Shown here piece by piece: positions 1-10,152 of a DNA stretch of 48,606 bases (its first letter is position 1; every line of letters starts with the position of its first letter). The stretch spans positions 1-48,606 of the forward strand of contig JABDCD010000005.1 in the NCBI GenBank assembly GCA_013288305.1. Direction: 5' to 3'. The notes below the pieces were generated by a model that saw nothing but the letters and a program-made list of their open reading frames with translations, ran no database searches and was not told the DNA's origin. Source of the stretch: Alphaproteobacteria bacterium (GTDB lineage: Bacteria; Pseudomonadota; Alphaproteobacteria; Rickettsiales; SXRF01). Both the position numbers and the translations under genes were made by a program.

Positions 1-1962
1 TTCGGGGTCACGCGCCAGGGCTAGGGCGAGCGCTTCATACGAAGCCAGATCCGCCGTCACCAGTTCGGGCAATTCTACCGCGTGCAGCAGGCTCGCCGCG
101 ACGCGGCTGACGAAGCTTTCTCCCGCCATCGTCACCACCGGCACGCCGCACCACAGCGCGTCGCTGGCGGTGGTATGGCCGCCTACCGGGAAACTATCGA
201 GAAACACATCGACATGCCGGTAACGCGCCAGATGCGTCGCTTGCGGCGCCGTCGCAGCGAAAATAATCCGCGCCGGATCGACGCCGCGCTTTCCGGCTTC
301 GCGCTTAAGGTTGGCGGTGGATTCCCCGTTGCGTTCGTAGAGCCAGAGCACGCTGCCGTCCACGGCATTCAGCAGCCGCATCCACACATCAAACAACTCC
401 GGCGTAAGCTTGTAGCTGTTATTGAAATCGCAAAACACGAAACCTTTTTCCGGCAGGCCGCAGGCCTTTCGCGTCGGTGTGCCCAAGGGCAGGGGGCGCT
501 TGCGGTCGTTGATCTGGTAGCTGTGCGGCAGCCGTATCAACCGCTCGGAAAACAAGGCATCGTCCGGTGCGGCAATTTCATCGGCGATGAAATAGTCGAT
601 GAAGGGGGCACCGGTCGTGCCCGGATAACCCAGATAATGCATCTGGATGGGGGCAGGGCGCAGCGCCATCAAATCCATGCGGTGCTGGCGCGTATAGCCT
701 TTGAGATCGACCAGTATGTCGATGCCGTCCTGTGTGATGAGTTCGGCGGCGCTGCGGTTATCCGTCGTGCGGATGTCGCGGAAGCGCTCGACGGCGCTCG
801 CGATGCGCGCCCGCTCGGCGCTGCCATCGTCCACGCCGCAGGAATAGGCATAAAGCTCGAACCGGTTTTTATCATGCCGTTCGAACAATTCGCTGATGAG
901 ATACGCTGTGGCGTGTTGGTGAAAATCGGAGGACAAATAACCGATCCGCAGCTTTCCGCCGGAACGCAGCGGACGCTTGGGATCGTAAGGTTTCCCGGCA
1001 TACTGCGCCGACCAGCGTCTGGCATTTTCAAGCTGCAGGCGGGAGTCGGCGTAAAGCGCGATGATGAACGGGCTGGCATATTGCTGCGTTGCGGTAAGAA
1101 CATCCGTCAACTGCGCCATGATGCTCTCCAGTTCGTCCCACCGGCACAAATGCCGCAATTGATGCAGCAATTCGGTCAATATCTCGGCATGGCGGGGATC
1201 GACACGGCGTGCCTCCTCATAAGCGATGACGGCCCCGGCCTCGTCCTTGGCTTTCTGCAGCACTTTGGCGAGATTGACGCGGGCATTCACATAATCGGGT
1301 TTCAGCGCGATGGCCTGGCGATAAGCGGCCATGGCCTGCTCGTACATCTCCAGATTCTGATAAACATTGCCCAGCGTGTTGAGCGCCATGACGTGTCCCG
1401 GCTCCAGGCGCAGGGCTTCGAGGACGGCTTCCTGCGCTTCGTCGTAACGCCGCAGGTGATAGAGCGCCAGCGCCAGATTGGCCAGCGCATCCGGCACGCG
1501 CGGATGAATGGCCAGCGCCTTGCGGAAAGCGAGAACGGCGTTTTCCATATCGCCGCGCTCGAAGTAAACCGTGCCCCCTTGAAACGGCACCAGCATTCTT
1601 TGAAAGATGCCTTGCAGGGTGGTAAGCCGCGCCCGGCCTTCGTTATGCGCCGGCGCTATTTTCAAGAGATATTTATAGGTTTTGATGGCCACCCCTATCG
1701 GGCCGGTTTCTTCCAAGGCGCGTGCCAGATCGAAACAGGCCTCCGCGAAGTGGGGCTTGTATTTAAGCGCCGTGTTGAAAGCGGCGATGGCTGTGCTGCT
1801 TTCCCCCAGCCTGTTGCAAATCATCCCCTTGATATGCCAGGCTTCCGCATGGGTGGATTCGCGCTCCAGCAGCCGGTTGACCGACTGCCGCGCCTCCTGC
1901 AGTTTCCCTTCCGCCATTTGGGCGGAGATGGTGGTTATCTCGGAATGGGAAGCAGGGCACAT
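1..1962 (-). CDS. TPR-repeat O-GlcNAc transferase (SPINDLY/GT41-like); 3' end runs off the window
   Basis: Not in the ORF track because there is no stop in the window. The minus frame reads TPR repeats, then GYLSSDFHQHATAYL, DILVDLKGYT, HYLGYPGTTG, DVFLDSFPVGGHTTASDALWCGVPVVT and SRVAASLL. ATG at 1962 (alternative 1917). Confidence 0.9.
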   Translation of the reverse strand, partial: MCPASHSEITTISAQMAEGKLQEARQSVNRLLERESTHAEAWHIKGMICNRLGESSTAIAAFNTALKYKPHFAEACFDLARALEETGPIGVAIKTYKYLLKIAPAHNEGRARLTTLQGIFQRMLVPFQGGTVYFERGDMENAVLAFRKALAIHPRVPDALANLALALYHLRRYDEAQEAVLEALRLEPGHVMALNTLGNVYQNLEMYEQAMAAYRQAIALKPDYVNARVNLAKVLQKAKDEAGAVIAYEEARRVDPRHAEILTELLHQLRHLCRWDELESIMAQLTDVLTATQQYASPFIIALYADSRLQLENARRWSAQYAGKPYDPKRPLRSGGKLRIGYLSSDFHQHATAYLISELFERHDKNRFELYAYSCGVDDGSAERARIASAVERFRDIRTTDNRSAAELITQDGIDILVDLKGYTRQHRMDLMALRPAPIQMHYLGYPGTTGAPFIDYFIADEIAAPDDALFSERLIRLPHSYQINDRKRPLPLGTPTRKACGLPEKGFVFCDFNNSYKLTPELFDVWMRLLNAVDGSVLWLYERNGESTANLKREAGKRGVDPARIIFAATAPQATHLARYRHVDVFLDSFPVGGHTTASDALWCGVPVVTMAGESFVSRVAASLLHAVELPELVTADLASYEALALALARDPE

Positions 1963-2036
1963 ACAGTTGGCAACGGGTTGGTGTGAGGTGTAGCCGGTCC
2001 CCCTTCGCCTAAGGTTGCTTTCGTGCGGCTTACGAA

Positions 2037-2104
2037 TCCTCCTACGCTAAAGCTTCGGAGGACTTACGGGGCGTAAGCCACCCGAAGCCGAAGGCGAAGG
2101 GTGG
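2037..2104. repeat. REP-like double hairpin abutting the tRNA 3' end
   Basis: TCCTCC-tacgctaaagcttc-GGAGGA and CCACCC-gaagccgaaggcgaa-GGGTGG stems; the second shares bases with the tRNA CCA. Confidence 0.6.
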
Positions 2105-2178
2105 TGGGCGGCAGAGGGCTCGAACCTCCGACCTCTACGGTGTGAACGTAGCGCTCTGACCAACTGAGCTAGCCGCCC
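2102..2178 (-). tRNA. tRNA-Val(CAC)
   Basis: Reverse complement: GGGCGGC TAGCTCAGTTGGTCAGAGC, anticodon arm CTACG-TT-CAC-AC-CGTAG, GGTTCGAGCC, GCCGCCC-A-CCA; 77 nt. Confidence 0.97.
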
Positions 2179-2266
2179 CTTGTCATCGTCATATAGCCAC
2201 CCAGCTTCTTCTTTACAATCTTTTCATGAAACCATGCTATATTGCGCACATTGAGTGGAGGCGCTT

Positions 2267-3472
2267 ATGGCAAAAATCAAGGTCAAAAATCCCATCGTCG
2301 AGATCGACGGCGACGAGATGACGCGCGTCATGTGGAAGATGATCAAGGACAAGCTGATCCTGCCGTATCTCGACATCGACCTCAACTATTTCGACCTGTC
2401 GATCCAGAACCGCGATGCCAGCGAAGATAAAATCACCGTCCAGGCGGGCGAGGCGATCAAAAAATTGGGCGTCGGCGTTAAATGCGCCACTATCACGCCC
2501 GACGAGGCGCGCGTCAAGGAATTCGGCCTCAAGAAAATGTGGAAATCGCCCAACGGCACCATCCGCAATATCCTCGACGGCACAGTATTCCGCGAGCCGA
2601 TCATCTGCAAGAACGTGCCGCGCCTGGTGCCCGGCTGGACGCAGCCGATTGTGATTGGCCGCCATGCGTTCGGCGATCAGTACCGCGCCACCGATTTCGT
2701 CATCCCCGGCGCTGGCAAACTGACAATGACCTTTATGCCCAAGGACGGCAAGCCGGTGGAACATGAGATTTTTGAATTCAAAAACGGCGGTGTGGCCATG
2801 GGTATGTATAATCTCGATGAGTCGATCCGCGGCTTTGCCCATGCCTGCTTCAATTATGCGCTGGCACGCAAATACCCGGTGTATCTCTCGACCAAGAACA
2901 CCATCCTCAAAGCCTATGATGGGCGCTTCAAGGATATTTTTCATGAAGTATTCGATGCCGAATTCGCCGAACGCTTCGATAAGGCGGGACTCACCTACGA
3001 GCACCGCCTCATCGACGACATGGTGGCGATGGCGCTTAAATGGTCGGGCGGATTCCTGTGGGCGTGCAAGAATTACGACGGCGACGTGCAGTCCGACACC
3101 GTGGCGCAGGGCTTCGGCTCGCTCGGCCTGATGACCTCGGTGCTGATGACGCCGGACGGCAAAACCGCCCTGGCCGAGGCGGCGCACGGCACGGTGACGC
3201 GCCATTTCCGTCTCTATCAGCAGGGCAAGGATACCTCGACCAACCCCATCGCCTCAATTTTCGCCTGGACGCGCGCGCTTTCCTACCGCGCCAAGTTCGA
3301 TGCTACGCCGGACGTCGCGGCCTTCGCAGAAAAACTTGAAAAAACCTGTGTCGATACAGTCGAAGCCGGTTTCATGACCAAGGATTTAGCCGCCCTCATC
3401 GACCCCGACCAGAAATTCCTCACCACCAACCAGTTTTTGGATAAGTTGGAAGAACGTCTGCGCCAGAAGTAA
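2267..3472 (+). CDS. icd: NADP-dependent isocitrate dehydrogenase (type II)
   Basis: [39 protein letters not shown] and [10 protein letters not shown] motifs; GGAGG RBS before ATG 2267. Confidence 0.98.
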   Translation: MAKIKVKNPIVEIDGDEMTRVMWKMIKDKLILPYLDIDLNYFDLSIQNRDASEDKITVQAGEAIKKLGVGVKCATITPDEARVKEFGLKKMWKSPNGTIRNILDGTVFREPIICKNVPRLVPGWTQPIVIGRHAFGDQYRATDFVIPGAGKLTMTFMPKDGKPVEHEIFEFKNGGVAMGMYNLDESIRGFAHACFNYALARKYPVYLSTKNTILKAYDGRFKDIFHEVFDAEFAERFDKAGLTYEHRLIDDMVAMALKWSGGFLWACKNYDGDVQSDTVAQGFGSLGLMTSVLMTPDGKTALAEAAHGTVTRHFRLYQQGKDTSTNPIASIFAWTRALSYRAKFDATPDVAAFAEKLEKTCVDTVEAGFMTKDLAALIDPDQKFLTTNQFLDKLEERLRQK

Positions 3473-3477
3473 ATAAT

Positions 3478-4119
3478 ATGAGAATAATAGGGATTTTATT
3501 ACTTGTTTTGGGATTCGTATCTCTGGCTGTATACGTTTTTTATTATTCTCATTCCGGCGATCTTATCGCAAGCAGCGAGATGTTCACTTACCAAGCTGAA
3601 AGTGTTAGTGAATACGCTAACGCTTTTAGAAAAAGACAATTGTTAGTAGGTGAGGAGACTCATAAAAAATGGTTGGAATCATCGCCTGTGAATATGATGC
3701 CTGAAGATGGCCCATTAAAACTTGGCTTAATGGTATCACAAGAAGGAATGATCAAAAACAGAGGCTTGGCTAGTCCTACCTATATACTTCTCGATGCGCA
3801 GACAGGACAGGAAGTTTTCCGGCGGGAATTAAAGGGCGGACATACACCTTTTATATCCAACCACATTGGATTGTCATTTCATGATGAATATGTAATTGCA
3901 GATCACGTAGTAATTCCCAAGCCAGGAAAATACATACTTCGGGCTGGATTTGTCCAGTGGACTTTTGCTTCTTCCAATCTCTCGATAACATTTGAAGTTA
4001 TGGCGCATGTTGCTGACCTGAATCTTACTATAATAATTCTTCCAGTGGGATGTATGCTTATAGGCGCGATAATTGGTTTACTCACGCGTCCTCAAGCGAA
4101 GAATATTATTCTCCAATAA
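3478..4119 (+). CDS. hypothetical membrane protein, low GC
   Basis: 213 aa ORF with N- and C-terminal hydrophobic helices, 5 bp after the icd stop; AT-rich relative to neighbours. Confidence 0.7.
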   Translation: MRIIGILLLVLGFVSLAVYVFYYSHSGDLIASSEMFTYQAESVSEYANAFRKRQLLVGEETHKKWLESSPVNMMPEDGPLKLGLMVSQEGMIKNRGLASPTYILLDAQTGQEVFRRELKGGHTPFISNHIGLSFHDEYVIADHVVIPKPGKYILRAGFVQWTFASSNLSITFEVMAHVADLNLTIIILPVGCMLIGAIIGLLTRPQAKNIILQ

Positions 4120-4594
4120 ACTTCAGCGCCACGCCGTTATTGCAATAGCGCAGTCCCGTAGGCGCCGGGCCGTCTTCGAAGATGTGCCCCTGGTGGCCGC
4201 CGCAGCGCGCGCAATGATATTCCGTGCGCGGAATGATCATTTTATAATCGGTTCTGGTTTCGACGTGGCCGTGGATGCTGTCGTAAAAACTTGGCCAGCC
4301 GGTGCCGCTGTCGAATTTGTATTTCGACGGAAACAGCGGCAACGCGCAACCGGCGCAGGCGAAAATGCCCTGGTGTTTTTCTTCGTTGAGCGGGCTGGTG
4401 AACGGGCGCTCGGTGCCTTCCTCGCGCAGCACATCATATTGCTCCGCGCTCAAGCGCTTTTTCCATTCCGCATCGCTTGCGGTCACTTTTTCGATTTTTT
4501 CATCGGCCATAACCGCCTTTATTCTCCCAAATCCGGCAAAGGCCAATGCGCTGGCCGAAGCCAATAATAACTGCAAAAAACGCCGCCGATTCAT
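4106..4594 (-). CDS. msrB: peptide-methionine (R)-S-oxide reductase with Tat signal
   Basis: [33 protein letters not shown] and GLRYCNNG motifs; N-terminal MNRRRFL Tat signal places the start at 4594. Confidence 0.95.
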   Translation of the reverse strand: MNRRRFLQLLLASASALAFAGFGRIKAVMADEKIEKVTASDAEWKKRLSAEQYDVLREEGTERPFTSPLNEEKHQGIFACAGCALPLFPSKYKFDSGTGWPSFYDSIHGHVETRTDYKMIIPRTEYHCARCGGHQGHIFEDGPAPTGLRYCNNGVALKFIGE

Positions 4595-4595
4595 A

Positions 4596-4880
4596 TTATT
4601 GCTGCATCCGTTCCTGGGCACGGCTAAACGCATCGGGTCGGGCATTGCCCGAAGTCAGACCGAACGAAACCCCACTTTGTCCCACCGGCTGCATCTGGAA
4701 ATTAGCGGAGGGCGGGCTGCCGTCATCGGCGACATGCGGGAAAGGAATTGTGTAGTCCGGGTCGGAAAAATTGGCGCTGGCTTTATTGCCGGTGCTGTTG
4801 TCGATTTCCAATGCAGAAGCGCTGTGGATTCCAAACGCCACAATCAGTGCGGCGGTGATGGCAAGGCGACGTGATGGCAT
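4596..4880 (-). CDS. small secreted hypothetical protein
   Basis: Signal peptide ending ASA, AGGAGG RBS, stop immediately upstream of the msrB start. Confidence 0.75.
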   Translation of the reverse strand: MPSRRLAITAALIVAFGIHSASALEIDNSTGNKASANFSDPDYTIPFPHVADDGSPPSANFQMQPVGQSGVSFGLTSGNARPDAFSRAQERMQQ

Positions 4881-4939
4881 AAAAACCTCCTGTGAAAATC
4901 GATATTACATTACTCCTTTTCTATACCGTAGCAAGAACC

Positions 4940-5228
4940 GGCATGTTTGGGCGCGGTTTGCACTTGCTTTGCCCTGGTTCGCGCCTGTTTTATCCTGTTT
5001 CGATCCGATTTTAGCCCGTTTTAAACCTGCTTTGACGCAGTATTTCAAACAGAAATTTTTTTTATTATTAATAATCAATATTTTAAAAAAATCATCTTGT
5101 GAATTTTTTCTTTTTCATCCCCAAATTTTTGACATTTTTTGACTTTTTTAACCGTTCATTAATCTTCACCCTGCATGGCATTCGTCGTTCATTATCCAGA
5201 GTAAAAGATAATCGCGTGGCCGGGAAGC
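4940..5228 (-). repeat. composite intergenic element, copy 1 (promoter-like motif, CtrA box, TTGACATTT doublet, 10/11-bp phased array)
   Basis: Same modules in the same order as 34676-34925. Confidence 0.65.
5148..5162. promoter_or_regulatory. CtrA-type box TTAA-N7-TTAA
   Basis: TTAA CCGTTCA TTAA. Confidence 0.55.
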
Positions 5229-5235
5229 CTAAAAA

Positions 5236-6042
5236 TTATGGTTGCTTATCAGCCTTCTTGATCTGCTTCACCGCCGCTTTTACCTTGAGAGCCAGCAGGG
5301 CTTTGCCATATTCGGCGGTGGCGCCGCTGGGATCGCCTTTGGCGCCATCGGTGGGGAAATCCTTTTCGGTATAATGTTTGATGAGGGCAGGGCGCACGCC
5401 CTTGGGATTAATCGCCATGACTTCGGCGGCATCCATGAACCCGGCATGGGCGGCGGCGTTTTCCACGCCCAGCTTTTGCGCCTTGACGAAATCCTCGGCG
5501 CCGTTAGCCGCATAATAATCGCTGACATGCAGCACGGTGACGCCTTCGTCTTTCCATTCCTGGCTCAGTTTTTCGGCAACCTGTTTTTGCGCCTCCTGGT
5601 TGCCGCCATGATCGCCGATGAAACAAATATGCCTGAAGCCATGCTGCTTGAAGCTGCGCGCCGCGTCTTCCAGAATCATGGCGAATCCCTCGTCGCGCAA
5701 GGAGATCGTTCCGGGAAACATCATGTGCCCGGAGGGCGGGCGGATGGAGCCTTCGGGGACATAGGCAATGACCGGCGCCGCCAGCGCGTTACCCAGTGTG
5801 CGCGCAATTTCGCCCGACGTGTAACGCACGATCCAGTTATGCTTGCCGATGGCGATGTGCGGGCCGTTTTGCTCGGTGCCGCCGCTGGGGATGATGATGG
5901 TATCGGTGCCTTTTTCCATCCGCGCCTTGACTTCCGGCCAGGTCAGGTCTTCGAGATAAAACGAATCGTGCCCGGCCCATGCCGCGCATGGAGCGTAGAA
6001 GATAAGAAATAGGGTAGCGATGATTTTCTGCACGGGAATCAA
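5236..6042 (-). CDS. creatininase/mycofactocin MftE-like amidohydrolase family protein with signal peptide
   Basis: EDLTWPEV, GGTEQNGPH, FPGTIS, DHGGN and HAG motifs. Confidence 0.88.
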   Translation of the reverse strand: MIPVQKIIATLFLIFYAPCAAWAGHDSFYLEDLTWPEVKARMEKGTDTIIIPSGGTEQNGPHIAIGKHNWIVRYTSGEIARTLGNALAAPVIAYVPEGSIRPPSGHMMFPGTISLRDEGFAMILEDAARSFKQHGFRHICFIGDHGGNQEAQKQVAEKLSQEWKDEGVTVLHVSDYYAANGAEDFVKAQKLGVENAAAHAGFMDAAEVMAINPKGVRPALIKHYTEKDFPTDGAKGDPSGATAEYGKALLALKVKAAVKQIKKADKQP

Positions 6043-7115
6043 GATGCGTATTTGAGAACGAGATTATGCAATTCCATGGCGATCTGCGCCCCTTCCTTGC
6101 CGCCCATTCCGTGCATATTCCTGCCGAGTATGACCTGCAGCACTTCGATATGTTTGAGCACAATGGTACGATGCGCCGGATTGTCCGGCCGAAGCTGCGT
6201 GCGGCAGAAAAGATACAGCTTGTAGGCGACTTCCGAGGCGCGCCCATAACCGAACGTGCCGGCGCGCGAATGGATGGTCAGCGCCACATCTTTTATATTA
6301 CCGACCACGTCGCCGGCGATTTTTCCCTCCTCCATCTTCTGGTACAACACTTTGAGCTCTGCCATGTTATCCTTTATCCATTGCAGTGAATCGGCGGTAA
6401 TGCCGTCGATGGACGCCTGCGCCTGGCCCAGTACCGCCGGGGTAATCAGTGCGTTAAGGGTTTGGCCGACGCCCAGTTTGTGCCTCAGCGAAAAATCAGG
6501 AGTCCAGATTTTAGGCGTAGACCCAATAAGATGATCTCCCGTAATTTCTTTGGGTGGGCGCTTCGGCTGAATGTTAAGCGTGCGGCGGTTGGATACGCCC
6601 GGGGGCGGCTCGCCTTTACGCCGCCGGCAAGGCCCGACGAAACTCGGAGCGGCCACGAACGGGCGCGGTTTTTCGATGATGCGCTCCAGGCGGTCATAGA
6701 TAGTTTTGGCAGAGAACGGCTTCACGACATATTCATTGATGCCGGTGTCGCGCGCTGCGGCGACGTCGGCCTGTTCGGCGCGCCCCGTCAGCATGATGAT
6801 GGGCAGCGTCGGATTGGACGAGACGGGATCGCGGCGTATCTGGTCGATGAGGGCGATGCCGTCGATATGCTGGATGTTCCATTCCGTAATCAGGAAATCG
6901 AAAGGCTGTTCCTGCAGGAGCCTCTGGGCGTCGGCGCCGCTGCGCGTCAGATGCACGTTGGAAAAGCCCATTTCCCTGAGCATGGATTTGAAAACCGTGG
7001 CTAACTGCTGGTCGGCGTCAGCGACCAGGATGCCATAACTATGCAACGGATTAGGCAATTCAGCCCCCTTTTCCAGGTTACTCTCCACGGATCGATTCGT
7101 TTCCATGAAGAGCAT
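6039..7115 (-). CDS. CheY-like response regulator with Arg-rich GPxRRR motif fused to an HPt-like helical domain
   Basis: Receiver ILVADAD...FLITEW...IIMLTG...YVVKPF, then FVGPCRRRK; C-terminal AGTFGY. Start may be 7106. Confidence 0.85.
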   Translation of the reverse strand: MLFMETNRSVESNLEKGAELPNPLHSYGILVADADQQLATVFKSMLREMGFSNVHLTRSGADAQRLLQEQPFDFLITEWNIQHIDGIALIDQIRRDPVSSNPTLPIIMLTGRAEQADVAAARDTGINEYVVKPFSAKTIYDRLERIIEKPRPFVAAPSFVGPCRRRKGEPPPGVSNRRTLNIQPKRPPKEITGDHLIGSTPKIWTPDFSLRHKLGVGQTLNALITPAVLGQAQASIDGITADSLQWIKDNMAELKVLYQKMEEGKIAGDVVGNIKDVALTIHSRAGTFGYGRASEVAYKLYLFCRTQLRPDNPAHRTIVLKHIEVLQVILGRNMHGMGGKEGAQIAMELHNLVLKYAS

Positions 7116-7153
7116 TTCTATCGTATCCCGCGCCTGGTTGCAAAACTTTTGAT

Positions 7154-7297
7154 TTAGGCTGGGAACAGCGTGATCAGGTGGGCCTGGAGCGAAATGACGG
7201 CGGCGAGGGTGGCCAGGGTGATCAGAAATGAAATGACGCCGTATTCCGTCACCGTGGGACCATTATTATCCTTCAAAAGGCGCAGTATGTGCTTCAT
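7154..7297 (-). CDS. Flp family type IVb pilin (47 aa)
   Basis: MKHILRLLKDNNG|PTVTEYGVISFLITLATLAAVISLQAHLITLFPA: G-x4-EY motif plus hydrophobic helix; GAAAGGAG RBS; below the ORF-track cutoff. Confidence 0.8.
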   Translation of the reverse strand: MKHILRLLKDNNGPTVTEYGVISFLITLATLAAVISLQAHLITLFPA

Positions 7298-7520
7298 AAA
7301 CTCCTTTCAATAACTGTGTCCATATATTATATCCCATTATGGCACGGCAGGCAAGCAGGAAGGTAAATTTTATCTATAAAAATCAAAAGCTTTTAAATAA
7401 AATATTGCTAAAATTTTATCTATTTTGCGCACTGCTGACAGGCTTCGGCAGGCGAGGTATGACAGGATGCGTTCGCGCACCGGCGCTGTCGTACACTACA
7501 AAATGGGACTCAACAGCCAG

Positions 7521-7823
7521 CTACTGCCCTTCCGAAGGCGGAAGCGCCATGCCTTTGGCATCGGCCGGGGGTGCGGCTGGCGCCGGTGCGGTAGGTGCCT
7601 TGCTGGCTTCGCCGGATACTTCGGCGCCGGCGGGCACGTCGTCGGAATCCATGGCTTTATTCTGGGGATTGGAAGCTGCAGGTTCGGGAGGGGGGGTACC
7701 GCCGGTCAGGCCGTTTACCGGCGATGTTGACCGTTCCTGAACGGGCGCCTGGGGCAGCCATATCAGCGCGATGACGATCAGCATCAGGATGAGGGCCAGT
7801 AGAGAAATAGTATTCTTGCTCAT
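7521..7823 (-). CDS. small membrane-anchored Pro/Ala-rich hypothetical protein
   Basis: N-terminal transmembrane helix, AAAGGAG RBS. Confidence 0.75.
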   Translation of the reverse strand: MSKNTISLLALILMLIVIALIWLPQAPVQERSTSPVNGLTGGTPPPEPAASNPQNKAMDSDDVPAGAEVSGEASKAPTAPAPAAPPADAKGMALPPSEGQ

Positions 7824-7931
7824 GATGTTGGACTCCTTTACTCAGGTTCGTGGCAACTGCCGCTAATTATGATTCATAAAAGTCTTTTTTGCAAGATTTA
7901 AGAGATAAATGAGCCAAACTGCATAAAAAGC

Positions 7932-7995
7932 TTGAAAGCGCCGCGATTATACGTATATTGCCCCTTCAAAGGTGGGCCGAATTGCCCGCCTTTTT
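7932..7995 (+). promoter_or_regulatory. rimP operon promoter and leader terminator-like hairpin
   Basis: TTGAAA-N16-TATATT followed by AAAGGTGGGC-cgaatt-GCCCGCCTTTTT, upstream of rimP. Confidence 0.6.
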
Positions 7996-8075
7996 GTTTG
8001 CCCGCGAATGCGGGCAAATAATCGCGCCGAACCCCGCACTTGTTGCGGGGGAAAGCGGATTGGTTGGATTATAGC

Positions 8076-8564
8076 GTGAACATCGTAGAAAAAATAACCT
8101 CCGTCATCGAGCCGTCTCTGGAAGCGATGGGATATGCGCTGGTGCAGCTCAAGCTGGCTGACGGAGCGCGACGCAAGTCGCTGGTGATCATGGCCGAACG
8201 TAAGGACGATGATGCCATGAGCTTCGACGATTGTTCCGCCATCAGCCAGACGGTGTCGGCGCTGCTGGATGTGGAAGATCCGATTCAAAGCGCGTATGAC
8301 CTCGAAGTCTGCTCGCCGGGAATCGACCGGCCGCTGACCAAACCGCAGGATTTCACGCGGTTCGCCGGTTTCGAGGCGAGGCTGGAAACGATGCTGCCCA
8401 TCGACGGGCGCAAACGGTTTCGCGGCGTGATCGAAGGAATGAAGGACGAAGTGATTACGATAAACATGCCGGAAGGCGAGGCGAGGATTGAGTTTAGGAA
8501 TATACGCAGTGCCAAGTTGGTGATGACGGATGCGTTGCTGAAGAAAAATGATACTAAGCCCTAA
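8076..8564 (+). CDS. rimP: ribosome maturation factor RimP
   Basis: DDCSAISQTVSALLDVEDPI, YDLEVCSPGIDRPL and GRKRFRG motifs; GTG start chosen by length. Confidence 0.95.
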   Translation: MNIVEKITSVIEPSLEAMGYALVQLKLADGARRKSLVIMAERKDDDAMSFDDCSAISQTVSALLDVEDPIQSAYDLEVCSPGIDRPLTKPQDFTRFAGFEARLETMLPIDGRKRFRGVIEGMKDEVITINMPEGEARIEFRNIRSAKLVMTDALLKKNDTKP

Positions 8565-8596
8565 AGATAATGAAAACACTATAAAGAGGTAGAATT

Positions 8597-10120
8597 ATGG
8601 CCACGACACAAGCAATTTACGGAAGCACGGAACTCTTACAGATCGCCGACAGCGTCGCGCGCGAGAAGGGGCTGTCGAAAGAGTCCGTCATCGAGGCAAT
8701 GGAGCAGGCGATTCAAACCGCCGGACGCCGCAAGTTCGGCCATGAGCATGACATCCGCGCCGAGATCGACAAGAAAACCGGCGAGATAAAGCTCTACCGC
8801 GTCCGCACCGTGGTGGAAACGGTGGAGAACGAAGTGACCGAGCTGACGCTGGCGCAGGCCAAGCGCATCGATCCCAAGCTGGAAATCGGCGACCAGATCC
8901 GCGACCTGCTGCCGCCGATCGATTTCGGCCGCGTCGCCGCGCAAACCGCAAAGCAGGTGGTGCTCCAGAAAGTGCGCGATGCCGAGCGCGAAAAGCAGTA
9001 CGACGAATTCAAGGACAAGATCGGCGAAATCATCAGCGGCACGGTCAAGCGCGTCGAATACGGCAACGTCATCGTTGATTTCGGCCGTACTGAAGCCATG
9101 ATCCGCCGCGACGAATTAATCCCCAGGGAAGTATTTCGCCCCGGCGACCGCATCCGCGCCTATATCGCCGACGTGCGCCGCGAAAAATCCGGCCCGCAGA
9201 TTTTCCTGTCGCGCACTCATTCGGAATTCCTGGCCAAATTGTTCGCGCAGGAAGTGCCGGAAATTTATGACGGCATCATCGAAATCAAAGCCGCCGCCCG
9301 TGACCCCGGCTCGCGCGCCAAGATCGCCGTGTCCTCAAAGGATTCGAGCGTCAATCCGGTGCTGTCCTGCGTCGGCGTGCGCGGCAGCCGCGTGCAGGCG
9401 GTAGTGGGCGAATTGCAGGGCGAAAAAATCGACATCATCGAATGGTCGTCCGATCCGGCGACGTTTATCGTCAATGCACTATCCTCAGCGGAGGTGACCA
9501 AAGTGGTTATCGACGAGAATAAGAACCGCATCGAAGTGGTGGTGCCGGATGAGCAGCTGTCGCTCGCCATCGGGCGGCGAGGCCAGAACGTGCGCCTCGC
9601 CTCACAGCTGACCGGCTGGAGCATCGACATCCTGACCGAGGCCGTCGAATCCGAACGCCGCGCCGATGAATTCAACAGCCTGTCGCAGCTGTTCATCGAA
9701 GCGCTCGACGTCGAGGAAGTCATCGCCCACCTGCTGGTGACCGAAGGGTTTACCTCGATCGAGGAAGTGGCGTTCATTCCCATCGCCGACCTGACCTCGA
9801 TCGAAGGTTTCGACGAGAATGTCGCCGAGGAGTTGCATAACCGCGCCGCGGCGTGGCTCGAAAAGAAGCAGCAGGAAAACGAGAAGAAGCTCAAAGACCT
9901 CGGCATGGATGCATCGCTGATCCAGTTCCCCGGCATAAAACAGGAATGGCTGGAAAAATTGGGCGAAGCCAAAGTGCTGACGCTCGACGATTTCGCCGAC
10001 CTGTCGACGCCTGAATTGCTGGAAATCATCCCCGGACTGGGTTCGGAAGAAGCGGGCCAGCTCATCATGTCGGCGCGCGCTTCGTGGTTCGAGGGCGAAG
10101 AGCCGGAAAAGCAGGACTAG
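8597..10120 (+). CDS. nusA: transcription factor NusA
   Basis: [24 protein letters not shown] and [13 protein letters not shown] motifs. Confidence 0.98.
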   Translation: MATTQAIYGSTELLQIADSVAREKGLSKESVIEAMEQAIQTAGRRKFGHEHDIRAEIDKKTGEIKLYRVRTVVETVENEVTELTLAQAKRIDPKLEIGDQIRDLLPPIDFGRVAAQTAKQVVLQKVRDAEREKQYDEFKDKIGEIISGTVKRVEYGNVIVDFGRTEAMIRRDELIPREVFRPGDRIRAYIADVRREKSGPQIFLSRTHSEFLAKLFAQEVPEIYDGIIEIKAAARDPGSRAKIAVSSKDSSVNPVLSCVGVRGSRVQAVVGELQGEKIDIIEWSSDPATFIVNALSSAEVTKVVIDENKNRIEVVVPDEQLSLAIGRRGQNVRLASQLTGWSIDILTEAVESERRADEFNSLSQLFIEALDVEEVIAHLLVTEGFTSIEEVAFIPIADLTSIEGFDENVAEELHNRAAAWLEKKQQENEKKLKDLGMDASLIQFPGIKQEWLEKLGEAKVLTLDDFADLSTPELLEIIPGLGSEEAGQLIMSARASWFEGEEPEKQD

Positions 10121-10152
10121 CGCAGAACATACTATTGCTCTATATATAACGC

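Noticed and set aside
82-1986. 634-aa plus-strand ORF
   Set aside because: Codon-aligned antisense shadow of the TPR glycosyltransferase, which has the recognisable motifs.
2102-2178. tRNA as an island integration site
   Set aside because: No integrase and no duplicated tRNA 3' end seen in the window.
4771-5142. Plus-strand ORFs with xxRFAPV heptads (also 34632-34901)
   Set aside because: They overlap real genes, lack an RBS, and the heptads follow automatically from the 21-bp DNA period. Not fully excluded.
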